NCBI GenBank assembly: GCA_963820525.1
Contig: CAWGAA010000001.1
Location: 832,001-896,000 of the forward strand
Origin: an uncultured Spirochaetota bacterium
GTDB taxonomy: Bacteria > Spirochaetota > Spirochaetia > SZUA-6 > Fen-1364
DNA length: 64,000 nucleotides
Direction: 5' to 3'
Shown: positions 49,685 through 60,425 of the stretch, piece after piece
Position numbering within the stretch: position 1 is the first letter of the stretch
Layout of the letters: each line of letters opens with the position of its first letter
Program-made: the position numbers and the translations under genes
Notes under the pieces: model-generated
Seen by the model: the letters and a program-made list of their open reading frames with translations, nothing else
Told to the model about the DNA's origin: nothing
The model's database searches: none

Positions 49685-51262
49685 TCAATGCAGCATCTTG
49701 TTGTACATCTCAATTGCTGTCAGCAGATAATCCGCGATCAGAACAAGGTCCACCGCAATCGTAATATAAGGGACCGTAATCTTCAGCTTTCGGCTCATAA
49801 TCCAGCGATACTTTCTTGTTTTTCTTGCCCGCTGCATCGCTAAGCCATATTCCGTTCGAATCTCCCATATCCGTTATTCCCCCACAGGCCTTTATGTAAT
49901 AGCTCAAATTCTCTCTATACCTGTGCGGGATGCTTCTCCGTGTCATGACTTCACCGCCGATGGTCACGAATTGATCGTCCATTGGTATGAGGATATGGTC
50001 ATCCGGCATGACCTCGAGAGCTTTGGCCTTTTCCGGGTTATGCCAGAGATCGTTGACATCGAAGCTGACTGTCTGGTTCTGGCTCGTGCGATAGATGGCG
50101 CATTTTTCTGGGATAGCATACGGCGTCGGGCCCCCGAGCGTTTGGAGCACGTAGTGCATTGTCATTCCCGAAAAATAAGGAAGGGACACTTTGATCGGTC
50201 CGGGGACCGTGAGAGCACCGGCATCTCCCGTAGCCGCAAAGACAGCGGATTGAGTTGCCTGCGGCACCTGGATCGATGAGCGGACGTCGTTTATCCTCCC
50301 GTAGAGGGCGCCTTCGACTATGACGGTCTTAGGGTTGGGGTTCGTAAGAAGGATCATTACCGTATCCCCATCGAGGAGACTGGATGACAGGACAGACGAC
50401 AGTTCCGATTGAATGAGGGCTGAATTCCCCTCCGGATCAAGTCTCCTGATTTCAATGAAACTCGGGGTCGAGCCTCTCTTTGCCCCCCCCCGCGAATGCA
50501 AGAAGACCCTGCACCGTCTCTCCGGGAAGTAACCTCGTAGTATCCGGGGAAAGCCACCTCGCCTGAAATGGAAACCTGTCTTTGGGCAAGAGGCACGTAT
50601 ATCGTGTCGCCTCGATGAAGGATAGGGTTATCTTCGTCGCTGCCGGATTGCGAGTACCTCGAAAGGTCTATGATTCTCGTCCCGTTCCTCGGATTGCGAA
50701 TTTCTATCTGCCGGTAGCTTCCCCTGGATGTCAGGCCGCCCGCAAGCGTTAGTGCCTCGCCAAGACGGGTGAGCGAGTTGACCAGCACCGGCCCAGGCTT
50801 GTTTACAGCTCCGATCGCGTGCGTCTCGAAGGTTGCAAGGGCAAGCGGCGTCAGATCCACGAAATCCAGCCGTTTCTTCTGCATAACGAGCCCAATGACC
50901 TTCTCCCGGAGCTCCGCATAGGTGACGCCTTTTGTATCAACCGTTCCGATTATGGGGATATCTATCTCGTTGTCTTCTTGAACCGTCACGGGATAAGAAT
51001 ATGAGGCAAGCTTGTCGTATACAATCGTAAACTGGTAGACGTCCCCTGGCGTTGCTGAATATGAAATGGTGCTCAGCAGGCTGTTCAGGCTCATTGGATT
51101 CGACTTGTCCACCACCGTCAGAGGGAGCCGTGCGCCGAGTTTTTCGATGCCTGCCTGAGAACTCGACGCGGGTTTGGGCGTGACGGTCTCATCCTGGCCA
51201 AAGAGCGATACAGAGAGGCTCAGGATGAGGGCGGTCAGTAATAATTCCTTTGCCTGTAGCAA
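49685..51262 (-). pseudogene. SLBB-domain polysaccharide export protein (Wza/KpsD-like), multiply frameshifted
   Basis: TPGDVY, GAVNKPG, GSYRQIEI and ISGEVAFPGYYE SLBB repeats; frame breaks near 50533, in the G9 run at 50483-50491, and near 49780. Confidence 0.78.
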
Positions 51263-51460
51263 TTTAATCTCCTTACTTTATGATATGCAAACTTGGTTCC
51301 TTCGAAAGTAAAGATAATATTGTGAATAGCTGAAGGCAAGTCGAGAGCCGATGCGCATGCCGGTGCCGACATCGTCGCGTGCATGAGTAGAGTGGGAGTG
51401 TGGAAAGGGTGAAGGTTTGGAGGTGAGAGGAGCTGGAATCAGCTCTCAGGCGGGAAAAGT

Positions 51461-52624
51461 CTATCCGTTCAAGGCGCGATCTACTTTATCGTTTTCAATA
51501 TGGCGCTGATTGAATTCCACCTCGACTCGACGATCAAGGCTCGCCAAAAGCGGGAACCCTTGAAGGATTATTGCGGGACGCTTTTCAACCCGCCGCGCCA
51601 GATAATGGGACACGCTGAAGAAACATATCGCGATCAGCCATGCTGCAACGTTTATAAAAAAGGCGCCTTGTATGAAGTACAGGGTGCTCAGCCCAGCTAC
51701 CGACAGCACTAATTGGAGTCCGCAGAGCAGGGCCAGCGCCTGCCGCGTGGAGAAGCCCATGTCTAGGAGCTTATGGTGGATATGTTCCCGATCCGCAATC
51801 AGGCAGGAGACTCCCCGCCGCATCCTTCGCCATACCGCGGAAAGAACGTCGAGGATGGGGATTGCCATCAGCGAAATCGAAGAGATGGCATTCATCGAAG
51901 ACCTGGAATTGCTCATATCGAGAATTGGGAGGATCCCCAGCATGAACCCTAAAAAGAGGCTCCCCGAGTCTCCCATGAAGATCTTTGCGGGGGGGAAGTT
52001 GAAGACCAGGAAACCAATCAGTCCGCCGAGGAGAGCCAGGGAAATGATGGAGGCCATGGCATTTCCCCGGAGGATGAAGAAAAGCGAGAAGGTCGCCGCA
52101 ATGATGGCGGAAATACCGCCCGCAAAGCCGTCCATCCCATCGATCAGGTTGATGGCATTTGTCATTCCGATCAGCCAAATGAAGGTGATGGGATAGGCCA
52201 TCCAATCCAATGCAAAGTGAAAAGGCGCCACGGGGGCGAGCACCGTCAAGAAGTGAAAGCCTGCCAAGATTACCAGCACGGATGCGCAAACCTCGACCAG
52301 GAGCTTGAGCCGGGCACGCAGGTTCCTGAAGTCGTCAACAATCCCCAGGAAGTGGATCAAGACACCGGCCACGAGAATGGGGATGTATCTACCGCTCCAC
52401 ACAATGGCCGAGGGGGAGCGCTCCACAATGAATGACATCAACAAGAGAGTGAACATGAAAGAGAAGAAGATCCCAATTCCACCCAACCGCGGTATATTGC
52501 CGTTGTGGATCTTCCTGTGATTATTAGAGTCATACCACTCTTTTCTTCTTGCCACATAGAGAATTATAGGAATAATGGCAAGGGTCATTACCAGGGAAAC
52601 GGCTGCAGAAAATACTAATAACAT
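51461..52624 (-). CDS. WecA/TagO-type (MraY-like) undecaprenyl-phosphate GlcNAc-1-phosphate transferase
   Basis: RKIH...PRLGG, GIVDD, NAINLIDGMDG, FMGDSGS and DREHIHH motifs. Confidence 0.92.
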   Translation of the reverse strand: MLLVFSAAVSLVMTLAIIPIILYVARRKEWYDSNNHRKIHNGNIPRLGGIGIFFSFMFTLLLMSFIVERSPSAIVWSGRYIPILVAGVLIHFLGIVDDFRNLRARLKLLVEVCASVLVILAGFHFLTVLAPVAPFHFALDWMAYPITFIWLIGMTNAINLIDGMDGFAGGISAIIAATFSLFFILRGNAMASIISLALLGGLIGFLVFNFPPAKIFMGDSGSLFLGFMLGILPILDMSNSRSSMNAISSISLMAIPILDVLSAVWRRMRRGVSCLIADREHIHHKLLDMGFSTRQALALLCGLQLVLSVAGLSTLYFIQGAFFINVAAWLIAICFFSVSHYLARRVEKRPAIILQGFPLLASLDRRVEVEFNQRHIENDKVDRALNG

Positions 52625-52741
52625 AATTACACCTTCTCGACTTTTTGAGTCGCCCCCCCCATGCGATTTGGTCTATCGGATACCCGGATTATACCACAGC
52701 TCAACAGAAAGTCAAAGTGCTATGGCAGAGAAAACTTTTCA

Positions 52742-54106
52742 TTATATTCCTTCCCTGAAAAGGACGGTGCGAACCGTCTTGAGGAGGATTCTCAGCTCCA
52801 AGGCGATTGATCGATTCTTGATGTAATAAAGGTCATACTGTATCTTTTTATAGGAGTCAGAATAGGAGGGGGAATGGTACTCTCCACAGATCTGGTCCCA
52901 TCCCGTCAAACCCGGAAGCACACGATTGCGCTCGAAGAAGAAGGGAATCTCATCCGCCAGCTTCTCGGCAAGCTCGGGCCTCTCTGGCCTTGGGCCGATC
53001 CAACTCATTTCTCCCCTCAGAATATTCATGATCTGAGGAAGCTCATCGAGCCTGGTCTTCCTGAGAAAATTTCCCACTCTTGTCACCCTGGCATCGTTCC
53101 GCTCCGCGGGCGCATGATTGTTCCCGTTTACCCGCATTGTCCTGAACTTATAGATGGCGAAGACTTGACGGCCTTTGCCCAAGCGATCCTGACGGAAGAG
53201 CACAGGCCCGGGGCTCTCCAGCTGAATGGCAAGGCAGATGAAAGGCCAAAGCGGGAGGCCGATAACCAGGAGAAAGACGGAAAGCGCAATGTCGAACACG
53301 CGCTTGACGACATCAAAAGCGACATGATTCGTGGGCCCCATGTTCTCACGAAGCCAACTTGTTGAGATCAGATCCAAGGGCAGCTTCTGCATGACGAACT
53401 CATAAAAACTGATTATAGAAAGGAGCTTCGTACCAGATCTTGGGAGATCAGAGCAGCCTATGCCATTGTCAGGCTGCCCATCTCGATCTCCTATCACCAA
53501 GGGGATACCTTTGGCTTCTATATAAGAGATCGCCTCGGATTCTTTTGCTATTCTCCTGAGCTTCGAGTGCTTGCCATTTTCCATGTTCGAGGTAAGCAAA
53601 AAGTCGGGCTTGAATCCGATTTGGGGATTGAGCTCGAGATTCTCAATAATCTCGCTCGCTTCCGGAATATCGACGAGAAAACCGACGGGAACCTGAAACA
53701 TGCCGTGGACAAGGAGCGAGCTCATAAGGGCACGCATTGCCACCCAGACAATTGTAAATATCAACACCCATGAAAGATAAATCATGAAAACGATTTTCCC
53801 GTGCCATAAAGCAAGAAAGAAAGTGAGGAATATGAGAGCATCAATGGTTTTATTTATGACAGACGCTTTTATGAGTCTCTGTCCGAACCTGAGCGCATTC
53901 AGAGTATAGAGGCCGCAAATGTAGCCGCTGAGTAAAAGACCCAGAGCAAGCAAAACCAGTGAAATAGGAGTACCTAGCAGGTCTTGAAGGGGTTCTCTCG
54001 CTGCAGGAATCAGAGCAGCCCATATGCTTCCCGCCACCACAAGTGAGATAAGATCGATAACCAGGATCATTACCTGACGAGAAAGCTTTCTAGCATTAAG
54101 GATCAC
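52742..54106 (-). CDS. Large polyprenyl glycosylphosphotransferase (WcaJ/WbaP-like)
   Basis: N-terminal TM helices; KRVFD, KFRTM, RLDELPQ and GPRPE motifs. Confidence 0.92.
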   Translation of the reverse strand: MILNARKLSRQVMILVIDLISLVVAGSIWAALIPAAREPLQDLLGTPISLVLLALGLLLSGYICGLYTLNALRFGQRLIKASVINKTIDALIFLTFFLALWHGKIVFMIYLSWVLIFTIVWVAMRALMSSLLVHGMFQVPVGFLVDIPEASEIIENLELNPQIGFKPDFLLTSNMENGKHSKLRRIAKESEAISYIEAKGIPLVIGDRDGQPDNGIGCSDLPRSGTKLLSIISFYEFVMQKLPLDLISTSWLRENMGPTNHVAFDVVKRVFDIALSVFLLVIGLPLWPFICLAIQLESPGPVLFRQDRLGKGRQVFAIYKFRTMRVNGNNHAPAERNDARVTRVGNFLRKTRLDELPQIMNILRGEMSWIGPRPERPELAEKLADEIPFFFERNRVLPGLTGWDQICGEYHSPSYSDSYKKIQYDLYYIKNRSIALELRILLKTVRTVLFREGI

Positions 54107-54259
54107 TTTAGGAAATCTCCTTAGGATGTAATACCTTCTGATCCACGAACAAGCTCACGGCAATTTGGCTCTGCATGATCAGGCGCTTGCGAGTTCTTTT
54201 TCTGCAGAAACTCGTAAAGTGTTCAGAATACTGCAATAATGATTACAGACAATAACACT

Positions 54260-54985
54260 TCAAGGTACTTCCGTCAACCGAAGCTTTGAAGGCCAGTCGG
54301 TTACGTGCCTTCTTATCGTGCGCATACGGCCGCGAGGCTCGTCGGGAACCTTGGGCAGATTCTTGAAGAATCTCAGTACATTAGTGCGGGGATATACCAA
54401 GACCAATGCTGTGAGGAAGATGAGAGCGAAGTACTTCCCTATGCTTTCATTTCTTGCGTACCACACCTCGAGCTCACCCTTGTATGGCGCGATCACCGTG
54501 TCATGGAAGTGATCGCGGTCGCCAAGAACATTGTCGAGCATAGCTTCCTCATCGCGGAAGATGATGGAACCTATGCCTGTCAGGCCCGGTCGCAAGCGAT
54601 CGATCTCGCGCCTGACAATCTCCGAATAAAGCTCGTAATGGCACCTTGCCTGAGGGCGTGGGCCCACAAAGCTCATCTCGCCAATGAAGACGTTTATGAG
54701 TTGGGGGATCTCGTTGATCTTCGTCTTTCTCAAGAAGTGACCAATGGGCAGGATGCGTGGATCATTCTTTTGTGTAAGGAGACCGCCAGGCAGGTTCGGG
54801 CTATTCCTGAGCATCGTCGCGAACTTGAAGACCTTGAAATCCTTGCCGCCGCGACCGACTCGCGGCTGAAGGTAGAATATATAGTGCTCGCCCGTGAGCT
54901 TGAGGCAGACCATGATTGGAACCATGAAGGGAAAGAGGATGAGAATGGATATAAAGGAGAGCATGATATCGAAGAATCGTGTCAC
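54260..54985 (-). CDS. Small sugar transferase (phosphoglycosyl transferase)
   Basis: RFFDI, KFATM, KINEIPQ and VGPRP motifs. Confidence 0.88.
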   Translation of the reverse strand: MTRFFDIMLSFISILILFPFMVPIMVCLKLTGEHYIFYLQPRVGRGGKDFKVFKFATMLRNSPNLPGGLLTQKNDPRILPIGHFLRKTKINEIPQLINVFIGEMSFVGPRPQARCHYELYSEIVRREIDRLRPGLTGIGSIIFRDEEAMLDNVLGDRDHFHDTVIAPYKGELEVWYARNESIGKYFALIFLTALVLVYPRTNVLRFFKNLPKVPDEPRGRMRTIRRHVTDWPSKLRLTEVP

Positions 54986-56188
54986 TCACATCCTCGCATC
55001 AAGGAATTTGCCAGTTTCAAGGTGGTGAAACTCAGGTATTGTCTGGTTGAAAAGCTCTATAAGCTCTCTCCTTGTCCAATGCCCTCTCCGGCGGAGCTCA
55101 AGAATCCGCGTTTCGAAGCTCTCAACGCGTGCCGCGTCGCAGGAAGCCTCCTTCTTGATGATTCCGATGGACTCGAATCGCCCCATATCTAGTTTCTCAC
55201 TCGCGGTGTAGAACTCCTCGAAATCCTTCTCTCCCGTTGTGTCGCTAGCAAAAAAATACACCGGCCACTTCCCCTGCTCTTTCAGCTCACAAACGCGAGT
55301 TCTCGCCTCATCCTCGCTCGCACATTCGAAGGGTTTGTAGCCAAGTCTCTTGAGGTAACGCTCAGCAATTTCAGAGAACGTGATCAGATGAAGCGATTCA
55401 TCAAGCTTTGGGAAAAAGAGATCTCGATTCTGTCCAAGGAGACAAGACAGAAGGCAGAGCTCACCCGATTCTTTCGGCGTCACAAAGTACCGCCGTACAT
55501 CGTTTGGCGCAGACAATGGCTGCTCTTTCTCGATCCGACGATTAAAGCCGTAGAGGAGGCTCCCGTCGGAAAAGGCTACATTTGCAAAACGCGCGGTCGA
55601 CACGGGCAACTCGAGGCTTTGGCGCATGAGGAACATTTCCATGATCCGCTTGCTTGCGCCCATCATATTGACCGGATTTGCCGCCTTGTCGGTTGAGACG
55701 CAAAAGTACTTCCGTGCTCCTTTGCTCTTCGCCTTGCGCATCGTTTTGTCCGTATTGAAGATGTTGACGTCCACCATACGCATGAGAGTGTAAGGGTCTT
55801 TCTCATTCCGGACGTGCTTGAGTGCCGAGAGATTGAGGACATAGTCGTACCCCGAGCCCCCGGCGATGAAAGCATCAAAAATATCGGAGCCTGCATCGAT
55901 GGCGAAGGTTGCAAAATCTCCCTCTATGTATCCGAGGTAGCTCCTCAGGCTGCGTACAAGCTCTACCATGTTGTTCTCCGATATATCGACGACATGGAGG
56001 AGCTTTGGTTTACGGCGAAAAATCTCACATGTTACTGCCTGCCCGATTGATCCCGCGCCACCAATAACGAGAAAACGCCCTCCGGCTATTAGTTCTGAGA
56101 TTTCCTTCTCATGGCGTGAAACGTCCTCGGCGAAGAGCTCGCGATCGCGGCCGATAAGGTCTAGGATTGAATCCATGGCGACTCTCAT
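54986..56188 (-). CDS. UDP-N-acetylglucosamine 4,6-dehydratase (CapD/PglF-like)
   Basis: GGAGSIG, SALKHVR, STDKAANPVNMMGASK and RFANVAFSDGS motifs. Confidence 0.9.
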   Translation of the reverse strand: MRVAMDSILDLIGRDRELFAEDVSRHEKEISELIAGGRFLVIGGAGSIGQAVTCEIFRRKPKLLHVVDISENNMVELVRSLRSYLGYIEGDFATFAIDAGSDIFDAFIAGGSGYDYVLNLSALKHVRNEKDPYTLMRMVDVNIFNTDKTMRKAKSKGARKYFCVSTDKAANPVNMMGASKRIMEMFLMRQSLELPVSTARFANVAFSDGSLLYGFNRRIEKEQPLSAPNDVRRYFVTPKESGELCLLSCLLGQNRDLFFPKLDESLHLITFSEIAERYLKRLGYKPFECASEDEARTRVCELKEQGKWPVYFFASDTTGEKDFEEFYTASEKLDMGRFESIGIIKKEASCDAARVESFETRILELRRRGHWTRRELIELFNQTIPEFHHLETGKFLDARM

Positions 56189-57343
56189 CTAGACTTTGGA
56201 CTTCAGAAGTGCCTTATCAAGAGCATCGCACACGAGATCTAGCTCTTCGTCAGTCATAGTAGGGTACAATGGGAGCGTGAGCTCATGTTCGGAAACGTAC
56301 TGGGCAATCGGCGTCGGGCCGACACGGTTCCTATAGGCGGCAAAAGTCTGGATTGCGGGATAGTGTATGCTTGTCTGGATGCCGTCCTCTTTCATCGATT
56401 CTACGACCTTTAGGCGATCAATATGGCCGTCGAGAAGTATCGGCATAATGTGATAGGTTGGCAGACCACGGTTGAAATGCTTGAAAGGAACTGTGATGCC
56501 GCTCATTGCGTCAAGGCGCGAGAAATAACGCATCGTGAGCTCATGGCGTCGCGCATTTGCAGCAGAGAGCTTTTCGAGCTGCACGAGACCCAGTGATGCA
56601 CGCAGCTCGTCGATACGGTAATTGAAGCCCGGTTCGAGGACGTCGTAAGATACCGCCCTGCCTTTGATCCTGTCGAAGCTGTTCGTCGTCATGCCATGGG
56701 AGCGGAGATTCTTGCATTTCTGATGGAAAGCGGGATCCATGCTGGTAACCATGCCACCTTCTCCAACAGCGAGATTTTTGTTCGAGAAGAAACTCCATGC
56801 AGAAAAATCTCCGAAAGTTCCGAGCTTCCGTCCTTTGTATTCGCCACCCGGCGCATGGGCGCAGTCCTCGATCAACTTGAGACCCCTTCTCTTGCAGATG
56901 TTGGCTATTGCATTCATATCGCAGGCATACCCCGCGTAGTGGACTATAAGGACGGCTTTTGTCTTTGGCGTTATTTTGCGTTCAATATCGGCTGGATCCA
57001 TGGCCCAATCGTCTTTCGAAGTGATATCCGCGAGGACTACCTCGCCTCCCGAAACCCGCACCACGTTAAGGTCTGCAATGAAGGTGAGAGAAGGTACGAT
57101 TACCTCGTCACCGCTTCCAACTCCCGCAGCCAGAACGGCTATATGAAGCGCGGCAGTGCCATTCGCCAAAGCGACGCACCTGACCCCCGCACCGAGCGTC
57201 TTTTCATACGCTGCCTCGAAATCGAGCGTTCGCTGTCCCATTGTGAGCCAGCCTGACTTCAGGGTATCAAGGACAGCGTTTGTCTCACGTTCGTCATAAT
57301 TGAGTTTGAATAGCTGTACTTTCCATTTTATGGTGCTAGCCAT
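56189..57343 (-). CDS. DegT/DnrJ/EryC1/StrS aminotransferase
   Basis: NGTAALH, IEDCAHA and SFFSNKNLAVGEGG motifs. Confidence 0.93.
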   Translation of the reverse strand: MASTIKWKVQLFKLNYDERETNAVLDTLKSGWLTMGQRTLDFEAAYEKTLGAGVRCVALANGTAALHIAVLAAGVGSGDEVIVPSLTFIADLNVVRVSGGEVVLADITSKDDWAMDPADIERKITPKTKAVLIVHYAGYACDMNAIANICKRRGLKLIEDCAHAPGGEYKGRKLGTFGDFSAWSFFSNKNLAVGEGGMVTSMDPAFHQKCKNLRSHGMTTNSFDRIKGRAVSYDVLEPGFNYRIDELRASLGLVQLEKLSAANARRHELTMRYFSRLDAMSGITVPFKHFNRGLPTYHIMPILLDGHIDRLKVVESMKEDGIQTSIHYPAIQTFAAYRNRVGPTPIAQYVSEHELTLPLYPTMTDEELDLVCDALDKALLKSKV

Positions 57344-58454
57344 TTCTTCTCCCAACATCATCAACAGAGAGAATTAAGTCCGCATTCTTGTCAAGAAATT
57401 CTAAAACTCGTTTAGGATTCTTGACATCGGTAGGCAAATTTACGACATGGGCAGCAGAAAAAACCGCGTTAGGATAGAGGGCTGGATCGAAATCCCAGCA
57501 GGAGAGATCTCCTTCAATTGGATGAAGCGGGGAACGAAACCAGTCTCCTAGAGAGATCCTAGCCTTTTGCGCTCTTTGCATGAATTCCGCGCGATCCCAT
57601 ACAAGAAGGGGGTACTTTAAAAAAAGATGATCTTCATGCAGCTCAGGAGCAACGGCGTTTTTCCCTAGCATCTTTAGATGGTTTGTATACATACTACCGT
57701 TTGCTTTGCGTAACGCATTTACGGCTGGCAGTAAATCCAAAGCTCGTATTGCGGCCCGCAGCTGAACTTTCGATATACCCATCAGGTAATTTGGCGGCAT
57801 GTCCGGGCTTAGCAGTTCCTCGCCTGTTGAAGAACCCGGCACAACATTAAGCTTGCTCAAATGGCGATACGTATTTACGAAATGATAGTAGTTTGCGGAA
57901 GTGATCAAAGGCCTGATCCGCATCAGGATCCAAAGCATGCTTTCAGTCCCAAATGAAGGAGACGGTAAAGCCTCGGCAAAATCTTTCACACTCTTTTCAA
58001 GGCTCGAATCGTTCACGAGAACATAACCGCCAACACCTGTTGAAATGGGTTTGTTCCATTGGCTGGAGTAAAAAGCGGCATTACACCAAACACCGTTGGG
58101 CTTGCCTTTATATGTCCCGCTGAAACCGTGCGCGCAATCCTCGATAGTCTTAATCCCCTGTATCCGGCATGCCCTAGAAATCTCATCTACACCGAAAGAA
58201 AGACCATACGTATTCTGGCATATAACAGCTTTCGTCTTAGAGCTAATCGTGTTTAAAACCATTGACGGTCTTGCGGAATATGTCTCAATATCTATGTCGA
58301 CATACCGTGGGAGCGCTCCTGCATATTTTATGGCATTTGGGACAACAACGCATGTATATGCAGGAAGGATTACTTCATCATTTGGTCCCACACCTATTGA
58401 CCGAAGAAGGGCAAAGAGCCCAACGCGTCCTTTGTAGAAGGTAAATACCCTCAT
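57336..58454 (-). CDS. DegT-like PLP-dependent aminotransferase
   Basis: KGRVGL, PAYTCVVV, IEDCAH and SSQWNKP motifs. Confidence 0.85.
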   Translation of the reverse strand: MRVFTFYKGRVGLFALLRSIGVGPNDEVILPAYTCVVVPNAIKYAGALPRYVDIDIETYSARPSMVLNTISSKTKAVICQNTYGLSFGVDEISRACRIQGIKTIEDCAHGFSGTYKGKPNGVWCNAAFYSSQWNKPISTGVGGYVLVNDSSLEKSVKDFAEALPSPSFGTESMLWILMRIRPLITSANYYHFVNTYRHLSKLNVVPGSSTGEELLSPDMPPNYLMGISKVQLRAAIRALDLLPAVNALRKANGSMYTNHLKMLGKNAVAPELHEDHLFLKYPLLVWDRAEFMQRAQKARISLGDWFRSPLHPIEGDLSCWDFDPALYPNAVFSAAHVVNLPTDVKNPKRVLEFLDKNADLILSVDDVGRRNG

Positions 58455-58651
58455 AGAAACTTCGCCCATGAATCTGTTCAACTTTGAGTTAAATTCCGAC
58501 TGTAGTTTATTGAATAAAATCTTTCTCTTAGCCGTGATTTTCGATCTTCTGATTCGCATAGAACGCCAACTCACAAAATCGATAAATTGTTGATAATCTT
58601 GCTGCATTAGCAAGAACTGAAATCTCGAGAGATATAACAAGCTCAACGCAG

Positions 58652-59281
58652 TTATGAGTACCAGAAATCTTCTGGTTTGCTCTTCAATACCCCAACAGTG
58701 ATAAGTAAAAGCCGCACATCTAGCAAGAATGAGCACCGATTGAAGTAGTCTAAATTGATACGAACCTTATCTGGGAATACGACCTCGTCGTTGTATTTTT
58801 TCGGGTCCGCTTGTGCTGCCAGAAGCTCCTCTTCGCTTCTATATTTTAATGTAGCTGGTCCAGTAATGCCGGGCCTTAGGTTCAGGAGTTTTCGATCCTC
58901 TTCGGCTAGCTGATCCATGTAGCCGGAGACATCCGGACGAGGACCGACGAAACTCATCTCACCTTTCATTACGTTCCATAACTGTGGCAATTCGTCAAGT
59001 TTCCAACGTCGAAGATATTTCCCTAATGGAGTTATTCTTCGATCCCCGCGTACCGTGATGCTGGAATCCTTTAGCTGTCGATTAAACATAGTTCTAAATT
59101 TTATTACCTTAAATAATGTACCGTTTCTTCCCACCCTATTCTGAACGAAGAATATTGGAGAGCCCGCAGTTAGACGATTAATTAGCGCAATGAGCGCCAT
59201 TGGACCCAGTGTCATTATCAGCAAGGCAAAGGAAAACATTAGATCGAATCCGCGTTTCAACCCATCGCGATAAAAGCTCAT
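58652..59281 (-). CDS. Small sugar transferase (phosphoglycosyl transferase)
   Basis: KRGFD, KFRTM, KLDELPQ and VGPRPD motifs. Confidence 0.92.
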   Translation of the reverse strand: MSFYRDGLKRGFDLMFSFALLIMTLGPMALIALINRLTAGSPIFFVQNRVGRNGTLFKVIKFRTMFNRQLKDSSITVRGDRRITPLGKYLRRWKLDELPQLWNVMKGEMSFVGPRPDVSGYMDQLAEEDRKLLNLRPGITGPATLKYRSEEELLAAQADPKKYNDEVVFPDKVRINLDYFNRCSFLLDVRLLLITVGVLKSKPEDFWYS

Positions 59282-59315
59282 ATGTCATTCCCTCAAGGCA
59301 TTAATAAACAACCTC

Positions 59316-60425
59316 TCAGGATAAGTATTCAGGAAAAAAATCTGCTCGTGGAGACCAGACTTCTCCTTGCTGCTTCTCGTATTCCGCACGCTGAAGACAT
59401 AAGGATCGATACCGATCCTCGTCGTATACAATTCTTCGAACATAAAAGGGCAAAATACTTTCTGGATCGAATGATGCTTTATATTTAAAGATACCGTCAT
59501 CCGGTTTCACTCCGCCACCCAAAACATACCATTTGTAGCCTTGTGAAGCGCCCCACAATATCATTTCATGCTTAAGCAAGTCATTGGGACGCATATTGTA
59601 TGCATGATCGAGCGTCCCTCCTAGGAAAGAATAAAGACAATCAGCAGATAGAAGCAGCAGCTCGGTGGACACTATTTCGCTGCCGGAGAAAATGTGCGCA
59701 AATATCATACCTTCATCTCGTCCCAAGCTATCAATGAGCGCAACAAACCTTTCTTTTGGGATGAAAAACGATGGAGCTGCTCCTGTACGCTTCATCGTCG
59801 AATAATAGACCGATAGAAAACCATCTAGCATAGATCCATCTCGATCCAATTCTATTCGCAGTTTTTCTTCTCGAGCTCGATTAACATTTTTCCTTACCTT
59901 TTGTTTATAGCCCCGCCAGATATTCTCCTCGGAGCGATCAAGTCGCACCACGACGTTTAGCTGCTGCAGGAATCTCTGACCGATATCCCTTTGCACGAGG
60001 CGGGCATCGAACACATCTTCACGGATAAACTCGGACACACATCCCCTACGCGACAGCTCATCGGTCATCAATAGAGCAAATCCGGCTGCGGCTGCGTCGC
60101 GAAGCGATTCATCGCCTTCGAATATTGCGCCGCCGTATCCGTATGGCGAAACTAAATGGATCAACGGCGATTCATATTTCGAAAAGGCCGGATTGCTCCT
60201 CAATTCGCACCAGCAAAACGCATAATATACGAGACTATTCGGCGAATGACGATAAACTGCCACCGCCGGCCTATAGCCTGCGGGGAGCATGAAAAACAAG
60301 AAATCAGGGTGATCGTGAGGCCGTCGCGATTTGAGCCCTCTCCAAATCTCGCGACAAGCTTCTAGATTTTCTTGGTCGCCCAAGTCGTACCACCGAAAGC
60401 TGTGGAAAAACGTAATCTCAGCCAT
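59316..60425 (-). CDS. FemAB-like GNAT acyltransferase
   Basis: SPYGYGG, VRKNVNRA, YSFLGGT, RPNDLL, LGGG and KYKASF motifs. Confidence 0.85.
   Translation of the reverse strand: MAEITFFHSFRWYDLGDQENLEACREIWRGLKSRRPHDHPDFLFFMLPAGYRPAVAVYRHSPNSLVYYAFCWCELRSNPAFSKYESPLIHLVSPYGYGGAIFEGDESLRDAAAAGFALLMTDELSRRGCVSEFIREDVFDARLVQRDIGQRFLQQLNVVVRLDRSEENIWRGYKQKVRKNVNRAREEKLRIELDRDGSMLDGFLSVYYSTMKRTGAAPSFFIPKERFVALIDSLGRDEGMIFAHIFSGSEIVSTELLLLSADCLYSFLGGTLDHAYNMRPNDLLKHEMILWGASQGYKWYVLGGGVKPDDGIFKYKASFDPESILPFYVRRIVYDEDRYRSLCLQRAEYEKQQGEVWSPRADFFPEYLS

Noticed and set aside
54260..54345. Possible extra frameshift in the sugar transferase tail (VPDEPRGR… versus VPDELAAVCAR*)
   Set aside because: Plausible, but it cannot be supported without homologue alignment or reads.
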